Shown here: piece by piece, positions 52,948 through 64,000 of the stretch
Layout of the letters: each line of letters opens with the position of its first letter
Position numbering within the stretch: position 1 is the stretch's first letter
DNA from: Paramecium tetraurelia
Taxonomy: Eukaryota
Assembly: GCA_000165425.1 (NCBI GenBank)
Contig: CT868352.1
Span: 248,001 to 312,000 of the forward strand
Direction: 5' to 3'
Length of the DNA: 64,000 nt
Translations under genes and position numbers: made by a program
The notes under the pieces: model-generated
Database searches by the model: none
Seen by the model: only the letters and a program-made list of their open reading frames with translations
Told to the model about the DNA's origin: nothing

Positions 52948-53373
52948 TCATTCCTTCAAAGCAAACTTTCTTAATGGGAAATTGTTGAGTCTCTTCCATT
53001 ATCTCTATGTTTTTTAAGCTTTACATATAACTAAATAGATATACCTTTTTCGCTTCTTGTGAGTCTTTATCTAATTGCTCTAGTTTTTTTGCCTCTGAGA
53101 TCAACAGGGAGTTTGCCACTTGATTTGGTAGCTGCTTTGACTTAGTTTCTTCTTTATTCATTAATGACTGTCAAATATTTGGCAATTCTCTTTCTAACAA
53201 GCTTGATTATTCATATATTTTGTTACTCCAATTCTGCCAAGTTTTTAGGCATTACCTGCTGATACTTTCACTGTTCTCAATTAAATTAATTCACCCTTGA
53301 GCTTTTCTAAGTCCTTGAGGAGATCTTCTGGCTTTTATTCTCTGAGCTTTCTAACCTTGAACTTTTAGGACAT
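52948..53373 (-). CDS. RPL35: 60S ribosomal protein L35 (uL29)
   Basis: KVRKLREQKPEDLLKDLEKLKGELIQLRTVKV..VRKRIAKYLTVINE..PVDLRGKKTRAIRQRLT..NFPLRKFALK; two tiny introns. Confidence 0.95.
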
Positions 53374-53795
53374 TATTTAAATAAAAGGATTTAATTTTTA
53401 TCAAATATGAAGAATTATTTTCAATATCATGATCAATATCAAGTAAATACATTACAACAAACATAATATTGGTATCAAATCACAACAACCCATGTTATTA
53501 ACATGTCTATTCTACATTAGATCATAGACTTATAAGTAATTTTATTATATATTGTTTATTATAAGAAATTGAGCAAGAATTTTAGATTTTCTACTAAATT
53601 CTACATTTCTATTGAAATTATAAATTGTTTGATAAATTAGAAACACTGAATATATATCTAAGGGAAAAGTATTTCTCCCAATGTGCTCGAATGATTTTAT
53701 TGATGTGTTATTAGGAATAAATTAGAAAATAAAATAATGAGAGTTCATAATAATCATAATAATTTATTTTACAAAAATAGTATAATTTTGTTAAA

Positions 53796-54362
53796 ATGGC
53801 AGAATTCTTATAGCATCTGGGGACAGATTCATTTAAAATAAACAATGACTAACAGAATGATAATAATTGTAAAGTATAGAAATTTCCTAATGGTGTTACT
53901 TATTTAATGAATTATTAAGAAGGATTCCAATTAGAGTTTCAAAACAGTATACTAAAAAATGTCTACCTATATGGAAATCATGATAAATAATTTAAACCTT
54001 ACAAAGGCGATTTACCATTTGGGATTACATTTACTATGTGCAATGCAGTATATTAATTTACATAACATTAGCATATAGTAGCTAAGTTTGGTGAACCCAC
54101 AAGTAAATAAGGAGGTGGCCCAATTAATATAGGTATTAGTTATGATCATCTTGGCATTGAGATAACTTTTCAAACTAAAACTTGGGACTAACCTAATGTA
54201 GCAATAGATTAAATTATTTTATATGAGCCTGCTAAGTAAACAATCTGCGGAATTTGCAAAAAGAATGGAGAATTAAGATGTGGATAGTGTAAGTTAGTCT
54301 ATTATTGTGGAGTTGATTGTCAAAAGACACATTGGAAATAGCATAAAGGATTTTGTAAGTGA
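53796..54362 (+). CDS. MYND zinc-finger protein with an N-terminal alpha/beta domain
   Basis: C-terminal CGICKKNGELRCGQCKLVYYCGVDCQKTHWKQHKGFC; N-terminal YKGDLPFGITF..IVAKFGEP..ISYDHLGIEITF. Confidence 0.85.
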
Positions 54363-54595
54363 GATTAGTGTTAATCACAAATATGATTGTCTTCTATATA
54401 TTTAATGTTAATTTAAGTCAAAAATATGTTAAACAATAATTAATGTGTAAAATTTTGTATTTGATAATAATTATTCTTTATCATTATTTATTTTAAAATT
54501 AGAGTTTTCTTATATAATTTAGAAAATTCATTATCTTAAAGTTTTTATTAGAATTTGAGGATTTTAAATTAAATTGAATTAATTTATTAAATATA

Positions 54596-55876
54596 ATGCA
54601 AGAAAACAATGAATAATTTGAGAACTTAACAAAGGAGAACTTGATTGTTCAGTTGAAAGAGAAAGTATTATTTATGAATTAGTATTAAGATTAAGGAAAA
54701 TAAAACAATAACAAAGAAACTAGACAGATTATCAGAGAAATATGTTTAGACTTATAAGGAGTATAAGTTATTGGCAAAGGACAGAGAATCTCTATTCTAA
54801 GCTATTCATTTTGCTCTTAGTGATTAATAATATTAATTCGAATAGAAACCTTTAGGTTAGTGTTAATTTAAATGCTAGGTTAATTTGATTGCAATTCGAT
54901 AATTGACTTGCTTAAATAAAAGGATGAAGATAAGTCCAAGGCTCTTACAAATTTAATTAAGGAGACTAATAATGAGAAATTTTAACTTGAAGAAAAGTAT
55001 AGATAAATGATAGAAAAATAGGGGTCGAATAGCGATTAAAAGACTTAATAAATAATTAAATAATTAAAACAATAAATTAATGATTTAGATAATAATAATA
55101 CTAGATTGGCTAAAGAAATTATTGAGTTAAATGACATTATATAAATAAAGAATGGATAAATTCTGAAATTAAGTCAATTGGAAGATGATTGTGCAAACTT
55201 AAAGACTTAGTTGATGGTCTAAGAGCTCTAGTAATAGTAGCCAGATAGACAATGGAAAATTAGCTCATCTGATAGTCTGAACGAATCTCTTAAAATGAAA
55301 TAATAAGTAGATAAATTGCTGGAAGAAATTCAAAAATAAAGTTTGAAAATCAAGTAATTGGAACTAGAGAATGCAAATTTCTAATTAGTTTAAAAAACTC
55401 AAGTGAGAGATAATTACTCTAATCATATTGGTTTTACAAAAACTCCAAATGATTATGATGAAGTTAACCCATTTGAATAAGAAATAACGTTATAAAAATA
55501 AGATCTAAATTAAAATATATTATCTAATCAAAAATAAACATAAACTGATTTTATTTATTAAACAAAGGAAGAATTGCAAAGTAACAATGCAAATTTTGAA
55601 TATTTAAAAAATGTAGTCTATAAATACTTTTTATATTAAGAGACTAGGAACTATAAGGAAGCTTCAATCTTGATGAATGCTATTATGACTATTTTGAAAA
55701 TGACGAATGATGAAAGAAGAAGGATAGAGTAGGCAAGGGAAAGAGGGTTTTTGAAGAGTGCTAAAAATTTGATAAGTGATGGTTTCTTTTGTTTGAAGTA
55801 ACCATAATTAAATGATATGAATTTTGAACGACCTAATAGTAGAATTGAACTAATGAATAAGCATATGTTAAATTGA
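54596..55876 (+). CDS. GRIP-domain golgin (coiled coil)
   Basis: Long Q/E/K coiled coil, then ANFEYLKNVVYKYF..LMNAIMTILKMTNDERRRI, a GRIP pattern with the conserved Tyr. Confidence 0.8.
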
Positions 55877-55914
55877 TTTTATTATTTTATAATTTTATGG
55901 CTTCTTAAAAATTT

Positions 55915-56848
55915 ATGGAGTTCTTATCAAGCAATGACAAGTTAAGATTGAATGACATGAAATTGATTGAGCAAGAATAGTATTATATCAGCTAATTAAA
56001 GGATCAAAGGGAAAAAGTAATTATACACTATTATAATCATAGATGGAATTATTAAAAATTGAATTCCTGAAGAAAGATCATGTCATCTTGGAGTTGTAAG
56101 GACACTTGGAATAATTATAAGATGAATGTGAATAGCTAAGAGAAATTTATTAGGAACATGTTCAAAATTAGGAAAATGAATTCTATAGATTGAATAAATT
56201 ATAGGTGGAAAAAGATAATTTAATTAAAGATAATTAAGAACTAAAGGATGTAATTTAACATTTACGAAATGAAAATGAAACTTTAAATGTATTCAAAATG
56301 AAATTATTTCATAGTCGTTATAATTTAAAAATGATGATTAATAAAGATAGTTATAAGAATAATTGGTTCTGCTGGCAGAAGAAAATTCAAGATTAAAGTC
56401 AGAAATAGCAAAGTTAGACGAACTCTTGTTTACATATGAACCTCTAAAGGAAGAAAATGAAAAGCTCAATGAAAAATTAAGATAATACAAGCACGAGAAG
56501 CACAAATTGTAATAGGAATTAAAATAAGGAAAACAAGAGATCAACAAATAAATTGAAGAATTTAAATCAGGTTATGTTAAAGATTTAAAAAATGAAATCT
56601 AGAGATTACAAGAATATAAAGATTAATATCAAACAATAAAAATACAAATACAAGATTTAGAGCAGAAGTATGTTGAAGCAATTGATGAGAACAACAACTT
56701 GAAACTTGAAATTAAGTCTCTTTATGAAAAGGAGGAAAGTGAAATTAAAATTAAATCAGAAATTGATAGAGTAAAATTATTTTATTAAATTAAAGGTTAG
56801 ATAAGACCTTATGTCAGTGAGATACTAAGAGACTCTAAAATTAAATGA
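55915..56848 (+). CDS. Hypothetical coiled-coil protein (3' end approximate)
   Basis: MEFLSSNDKLRLNDMKLIEQE.. with heptad-rich sequence and a tiny intron near 56017-56042. Confidence 0.55.
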
Positions 56849-57390
56849 ATTATTTAATGGAATGATTAGTTTGAGCAGTTTAGCAAACTCTAGAGATCAC
56901 TTTAATTGAATATCATTTTTGCATTTCTAGTTATATATAAATTAATTATTCTTAAAAATTTATTATACAATAAATTAGTTATCCTATTATAATGAATAGG
57001 TAAAGAAAAATATTTTATCATTTTTCAAATAAACCATAATCTTTCTATCTAATGAACAATTCAATAAGTTTACTAAAATTGTAGATTTTTTCATAGCCAA
57101 GTTAGAAAAAGCTAAATATATTCAATTAGTATATAAACAACTATTAAATATATCTATTAAACCATTTAAAATCCTATTTAAATCTAAGAATACTTAAGTT
57201 AGAATTGATCAATAAAGTAAATTTAAAAAGCTTAGAACAATTCTGTTAATAAAAATATTAAATCATTCATTAAGTATGGTTTTATGTATTGAATGCATGA
57301 GAAAAATCCTGATTACATCTAATAGATCAAAGTGGTTTGATCAAATTTAATGGAAGATAAATTGTAAATAATAATATTAATTTAAATAGA

Positions 57391-57840
57391 ATGAGTTAAA
57401 AAGAGGACATTATAGAAATAAACTTGGAAGAGAGAATCCAATAGCAGAAAAGAAATAAGCAGAATGTTAGAAAGGGATACTAAGAGAAGAGATAGAAATT
57501 ATAAGCGTTTTTAGGCGATAGACATAGAAATGACAATCACACTCCTGGAACAATTGTTGATATCACAAACTTGCATTACAGTGTTACGAATGATGAATTG
57601 AAAGAGTTGGCTTAATAATTTGGGAAGGTGAAGAGGGCTTAGGTAGAATGGGACAAAATGGGGAGATCTCTTGTATATCATTAAATGTAATAGAAAGGGA
57701 ATAAGGTTATATCGAGTTTTTTTATGCATCTGATGCAAAAAAGGGCAATTGAGAGCTTAAACAACACAACGATTGAGAGTTTGCCGATGAAAGCGTAACT
57801 AAGAGATTAAACTACGAGAAGAGGCATGTTCAAGCGATGA
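57391..57840 (+). CDS. ALY/REF (THOC4/Yra1)-like RRM mRNA export adaptor, with frame irregularities
   Basis: N-terminal DIIEINLEERI (UAP56-binding-motif-like); GTIVDITNLHYSVTNDELKELAQQFGKVKRAQVEWDKMGRSL..AIESLNNTTIESLPM. Confidence 0.75.
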
Positions 57841-57871
57841 TGAATATTAATGTACGAACAAAGGCGTTTAA

Positions 57872-58263
57872 TCAATCAAACAAGCCTCCCATATCAACAT
57901 CTTCTTCTGGTTCTTCAGCTTTCTTAACTTCTTTAGCTGGCTCTGGAGCTTTAGCTTATTAAGCGGCAGGAGCTGATGTTTATGCAGCAGATTAAGCGGC
58001 AGGTGCATTGCCTGTATTTCCATGCAATAAATCTCCGACTTTCTTTCCTTTGAGTGCCTTTTCAAATACTTTAGTCCAGATTGGTTCAACTCTTAAATTA
58101 GCAGCTTTGATGACTGATGCTAATTTAGAAGCAACAATCTGAGTTTTATTTACTAATATACTTCTTAATTGTCTTCATATAAGATGAGAGCAGCATAGGT
58201 ACAAGCTGCTTCTGATGTAGCCTAATCTGCGATTGGTCGAGTGTCTTTTTATGCTCTAGCCAT
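57872..58263 (-). CDS. RPLP1: 60S acidic ribosomal protein P1
   Basis: SEAACTYAALILYED..KLASVIKAANLRVEPIWTKVFEKAL..Ala-rich hinge..EEPEEDVDMGGLFD. Confidence 0.95.
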
Positions 58264-58312
58264 TTAAAAAAATAATTAAAAGATTTAATATTTAATGCTC
58301 ATCTTATTCATC

Positions 58313-59167
58313 TCATAATTCTTTACTAATAAATTACATACAGGCCTCAAGGTCTCCATCCCAGGCAATGTCAGCTAAATATTGAGTCGATCCTTCTCCA
58401 ATTAATCTACATCAAAAAAGAAATTACATTACCCTTTCTTTTATTCTTTGATGAATCGCTTTCTTAATTGAGGCAAAAAGGGTTGAATCATTTTGGACAT
58501 CTTATTACTAGCATAATAGAAGCATCTGAAAACTTTGTAATAGTTTTTGGTAGACAAATACGAGCACATGCTATTTAATCGATTAAATAGCATACTTCAA
58601 AGCAAAGTAAATGAGATCATTTTCAGTATCAATTGATTAGGTATTGAAAATATTAATTAGTTAATCCTTATTGTCTTTGAGTGCATGATATAAAATGATG
58701 TAGCATAAGAATTCTGACTTCCTTTTGGCCTTAATTGGCATTAAATACAACTCTAGTAATTTCATTTAGCATTATTCAAAGGTGTATAAATCCAGACTAT
58801 CAATACTCGCTAAAGCATTGGCCTCATATGTTTTTATGGTGAATTCATTTTCAATATTTTAAACATTGATATCCTATCTAATTGATCGCAATTAATCATT
58901 AAAATATTGGTAGTCAATTTCACCGGATTTATATTGCTTTTTGAATAACTTCAAAGCCTCTTGGAGAATGTTTAGAGGTCGTATTTTTTCAAAGTCAATT
59001 TATTATGTCAATCTCAAATATGGCTTATGGAGAGACTGATTGCTTGGTTCTTGAGCATCCTTTTTGGGATATAAGGCATTATAAAGATCACATATTTCAG
59101 CATCCTCTTAGGCTTGCTTTCGAATTCGTTGTAGTTGATATTTAGAAATTTTATATTAATTAGTCAT
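58313..59167 (-). CDS. SAC3/GANP-family protein, LENG8/Thp3-like
   Basis: LHKPYLRLT..IRPLNILQEAL..YQYFNDQLRSIRQDINVQNIENEFTIKTYEANA..DLYTFEQCQMKLLELY..EFLCYIILY; two tiny introns. Confidence 0.85.
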
Positions 59168-60115
59168 ATAAAATAATTTTTATCAGCACCAAGCATCATG
59201 CTTTTAGTTCCTAAATCCTTCTTCATGTTTTCAGGACTCTCACTAAAAATATTAAAATAACGATTGTCCTGTTCATCAATTTCAAGAATCGAAGCCAGAT
59301 TCCCATTCCTATATAGGTAATTAGGAGCACTCCAAACAGTAATGCATCTGTCTTCAAATTTCAAATTGAATCCTTCGTTGCACAATTAATGAGCTCTGAT
59401 CAGATGTGTCATGTTGTTGAAATGTAGAAATTCCTTAAGAACTTAACCTCCAAAAACAAAGCCTGCTCCTCTTGGAGATATTTTAAATCCAGGAGTATCT
59501 TCATCATCAGGATCAGACCACATAATATCTGTAAATGCTCCCTCATGAGGAATCTCTTAGAATCTATTCAAATGCTCTATCTCATCCACACTCTCTATGC
59601 ATGGGGACAGTCCTCCGTGCACACACAATAGATTTGTACCAACAATACAAGCAATAGGAATATAATCAAACATATCTGTAAAGTATTCCCATGCTTGAGT
59701 GTTCCCATATTTCTATTGGCATTCCATGTAAAATCCATAATTTTGAGTAATCCCTCTAGTTTCATGATTTCCTCTAATCAATGTAACTCTATTTGGGAAT
59801 TTTACTTTAAGGAGGGAAAGCAATGTAATGACTTCTACACTATGAGCACCCCTATCAACATAATCGCCTAAAAACAAATAATTCGTAAAGGGTGGCTTTC
59901 CTCCCACTTTAAAAAGCTCTTAAACATCGTATAATTGGCTAATTAGACATTTTCAAATACCCATGAACATCTCCAACTATTGTGACTGGAGTCGGGATCT
60001 TTTTTACATTTGGTTCTTTAGAAAAAATCTCTTTCAAGGTTAAACAGATAAACTTGATGGCATTTTCATTAAGCAACTCTCCTTAATAAGCTTATTCAAG
60101 AAATTTATCAATCAT
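59164..60115 (-). CDS. PPP Ser/Thr phosphatase catalytic subunit, PP2A/PP4/PP6 group
   Basis: [59 protein letters not shown]; ends NYFI. Confidence 0.95.
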
Positions 60116-63100
60116 TTTATAATTATATAGAATTATTATTTAACTATTTTACAAACTTTGCTGCGTTTCTAAGTACATCATAGTTATCAAACGGATTTGT
60201 ATACAGAGAATGGTTTCTAAGTAATATAAATTATATGCACATACCTCTTCTTGTATGAACTTCGACTTATTGTGGAATATTATTCATCCGATTATAGATA
60301 AGGCAGTCTTTTCTAAATAGTCTAAGGAATAGAAGGTATGGTGACTTAAACGCTTTTAATAATTCTCTCTGTATTTTATTGTTTGGGTTTAGTAAATAGA
60401 TTGCAAGTGGATTTATAATTCTCCAATTCTGCTTCTAAATATTGGATAAGAGTATAGCATTTTGCAAGTTGCTCCTTTTTTTATTCTAATTATTTTCTCA
60501 AGTCTTAGACTTCAACATTTGCATTCTATAATTATGAAAGTTAAGCCATGTTCTCTTAATGGTATTACTTCTATGTCAATAATTCATCCTTTTTTGCAAT
60601 TTATTAGTTCAAACATCTAATAATCTTTTCTTATTAAAAGACCTTCTATTTCAAATCATCCATTTAATCTGATTTAGTGGGTGTTAATGGCTTTGGCTTT
60701 TCTTTAATTTCTTTCCTTACTACAATAGAATTTGAGTGTAATTTAATCTTGGCATTTTATTCCTTAGAAGCATTAGCCGATTGACTCATCAGTTCATTTT
60801 ATTTGTTTATTGTTTTAATTTATTCTTACAACTATAGAAGCTCATCTTTCAACTGCAAATTTTATTATTTTTATTACATTGTCTAATCACTCAAATTTGC
60901 TATCAAATCTTATAAATTCTCAATTTCTCTTCCTTTCTATTCCAATTCTACTTTAGTCTCATTCAATTTGTTAGTCTCCATTTATAAAGTCTTAACTTAT
61001 TGATCTAATTATTCACACTTTTCATAGATATCTTCATCTAAATTACAAAAACAGCTGGAATCCTGAAATATTTTTTATATCGGTTGATTTTTTTAAAAAT
61101 ATTCAATTATTAAAGCCAATCTTAGATTCTCTTACTCTATGTCAACCAACCTATTCTACAATTTGCCATACTCTTTTTATAATGATATGAATTCTTAGCT
61201 TTCCTTAATTTGATCTTTATTTATTAACAGTCCTTATTACTCATTCTCTAATTAGAATTATAAAGTAGCATAAGGTGTTACTTTAAGAGACCATTCTGTT
61301 TGAATATGAGTACTTCTACTAGCCTTTGTATTTGTTGTATCTGCTATAGTTTCAGGTGTTTGATTTATATGATTATGTTCATTCAAAGTTGTATCTAATT
61401 TCAATTTAAATTTTTTTGAATGCTGTTTCTTTTGTGAAAGTCTTTTCGCTTATATGATTTAATTCAATTTTAATTTCCTAGCTTTGGAATAAGAATAATC
61501 ATTATATTATTGTTGCAATTTTAACTCTTAATTAAAGTCCCCCTTTTTGGCATAAAGGGATGCTTCTTCTTATTCTTATTGTGCCTATTAATCTATATAA
61601 TCCTTTAAAGTCATCTCATTTTAATCCAATTTTGGCAGTAAAGGAGTAGAATACTGTTAATTATTTTAATTTAATTCTTCAGGTTTAATTTCATCTATTT
61701 ATTAGTTCTATTCAGTATCTAATTCTTTATCATTTATAACTTCTTATTGCTCCACATTTTGTACTTAATTTTCATCAATTTGTTATAAATTATTCTCTTC
61801 TATGACTGCTAAACTTTCAATCACATTACTACCTTAGTCTTTAGCACTCTTGATAGATTTCACATCATTCATTTATTCTGAATTCATTGATTAGGCTTAA
61901 TCTTAATTTTTGATTTAATTTTCTTCAGGATCATCTTCTTTAACCCCCATCAATAAAGGAACATATTGAGGAACAAATAAGTTATGAGTTTTCCTTCTAT
62001 TTTATTATTGAACTACTTTTTATTCTACTATTATTTCAGGTACTGGATCTGGATTCTCAGTTTATTCTGGAGTATTTGATAAATCCTAACTATTTTCCGA
62101 TAATTGGTCATCTGATCTTTCTTCTGTTTTTGTTGTCACTATAACTAAGTCATCCGTCTATGTGTATTTATCTTCTTTAATGATGTGTTCTGATATTTAA
62201 GTCTTAATTTATTCTACCTTATCACTCTGTATTTCATTTGGCCTACTGTGCTCACTTAGCTATTATATCAGATCTGATTATTCTAATATACTTGGAAAGA
62301 CCTATAGATCTTCTAATTTATGAATTGAGTAAGACACTTGCTTTTAATTAAACTTTTTTTATGAATCTTATGATCCTTAGATACTGTTTTTTATTATATT
62401 CAATTACAATTCTGAAATCCTTCTTTCTAATGTTGCAATTAGTTTCTCTTGAGATGAATTTACTTAACATTATTTATTCAGTTTATTTTTCAAATCTAAA
62501 TTTTAAGTTTCATACATATTTTAAATTTCATTAAACTCTAACTTTTATTCTTAAATTGATTTGATTAACACTAGCAAATATTCTAAAGAAAATTAGAGCA
62601 TTTATTAGTATTGTTGAGTCTTTATTTCTAATCCTAAAAATGTTGCTGCATTAGTGTATATTTCTTTGATTAATTAATGATAATTTTGAATAGTTAATTA
62701 TTACTCCTAATTTTGCATTTTTAATTCAGAAATCTCTTACTGTAACTCACTTTAACGTTACTACTCTTTTTTATATTTTGAATCCCCATCCTTATATTAT
62801 TAAAGTATTTTATTATATTCATATTATTAAGTATTAATTTTTTATTCTTAGTTTATTTACAGCTCTTTAAGTATTTCAACTTATTTTATTAATTGGCCAG
62901 TAATTTTCTCATTTTCATCTTTATGTGTTTAAATGTAAGACTCTTTTAATTTATAATCTTCCAATAATTTATCAAAATTGTCTTTCAATTTTTCATAATC
63001 TTTTTCCCTTGAATTTGATAATTAATTTAACTAATCTATTTGTTCTTAAACATTCCTTTTATATATATCGAAATCATTTTAAATACATTTACACTTAATT

Positions 63101-64000
63101 TCCCAAGACTGAACATTCTCCTTAATTGTCTACTCTAATTCATTAGTTTTCTCACTCAACTTATTTTGCCAATAGACTTTCTAATCCGTCAACTTGGTAT
63201 CATAATGAATTGATTATTTTTTTAATAAATCATCCTTTAAATGTATTGTTTTGATTAAACTTGCTCTCCCAGTTTCTAATTCAACAATTTTTACATTGAG
63301 TTATTTGATTGTATTCTCCAAATTAAATATTTATTAATAGAAGTCGTCTTCAAGTTTAGAGAATTATGCTTTTACAACGTCAAGGGTTGTTTCTAACTCT
63401 TTTCTCTCCTCTTTTGCTTCTTACTTCATCTTATCATAAATTTCCTTATTGACTTTTTGAAGTTATTAGACTTATTGTCTCTAATTTGATAATTCAGATT
63501 CCAATTATAATATCCTTTGATCTTAGGCAGAGATTGTCTCTTTATAATATGTGATGTCTAATTCAATTTTATAAATTTTAGTACCTTCATTTAGTAATTC
63601 ACTTATGGTTATTAAATCTGCCAACTTTTTCAAGAGTTCTCTACTTTCACCCTTAACATTGATGTCCATGACTAACTATGAATACTCCTGACATCTTTTG
63701 AATGATATTTTGTATACCTTTAATCTATATAATATTTCATAGCTAACAGCTATTCCTTAAGTGAAGAACATTCTTCTGATGATATGTGGAATATCTTCTA
63801 TAAATGCTAAATGTTGTCCCTTAACTTTTATTGGAAATGTGTACTAATTTCTTTAATTTTTTCATTTTATAGTAGTTAATCTGCCATCGTAATTATTAAT
63901 TATAAGAGTGTCTTATAATAATTTCCGAGATAAAATCTATGAAAGAGTTCATTCATCCGGATAATAGCATTAAAACTTGAAATTAAATCATCTCAAACAA
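60108..64000 (-). CDS. Large coiled-coil protein, 3' part (starts beyond the window)
   Basis: More than 3.7 kb of Gln/Glu/Lys-rich minus-strand coding-like sequence. It ends at TGA 60108-60110 if the 28-nt intron at about 60217-60244 is spliced, otherwise near 60188. Confidence 0.7.

Noticed and set aside
57391..59167. ALY/REF and LENG8/Thp3 (both mRNP factors) close together
   Set aside because: Opposite strands, separated by RPLP1; no evidence beyond proximity.
1..64000. Transposons, retained IESs, telomeric repeats, tRNA or rRNA genes
   Set aside because: I recognised no transposase or reverse transcriptase motifs, terminal repeats, G4T2/G3T3 tracts or structured GC-rich RNA genes. TA-bounded IESs cannot be called without a macronuclear/micronuclear comparison.

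Overview
This is gene-dense, very AT-rich ciliate macronuclear-type DNA, most likely Paramecium. Genes read only with the ciliate code (TAA/TAG = Gln, TGA = stop) and contain tiny GT..AG introns of about 20-30 nt, so the supplied standard-code ORF track is fragmented. I re-translated by hand and found about 42 protein-coding genes. Recognisable ones are a Cys-rich surface antigen, a MORN protein, a ubiquitin-like protein, SSNA1/DIP13, V-PPase, a Josephin DUB, a PrpC-type citrate synthase, a Rab, a USP, a CBM20 protein, RPS7, mitochondrial L12, a profilin-like protein, BCKDH E1-alpha, a CRAL-TRIO protein, V-ATPase subunit a, a kinase, importin-alpha-like, a BT1 transporter, a SHIPPO-repeat protein, a 3R-Myb, RPL35, a MYND protein, a GRIP golgin, ALY/REF, RPLP1, LENG8/Thp3 and a PP2A/PP4-like phosphatase. 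The most unusual items are five: (1) same-strand genes with overlapping stop and start codons (ATGA); (2) an F-box plus cullin-repeat fusion; (3) a pseudo-CHAT (caspase-fold) plus degenerate STAND-like NTPase protein; (4) a catalytically degenerate RNase III-dsRBD protein; (5) a bacterial-type methylcitrate synthase ending in KANL. I saw no RNA genes, CRISPR arrays or transposons. All family calls come from manual motif recognition, not database searches, and boundaries are manual.
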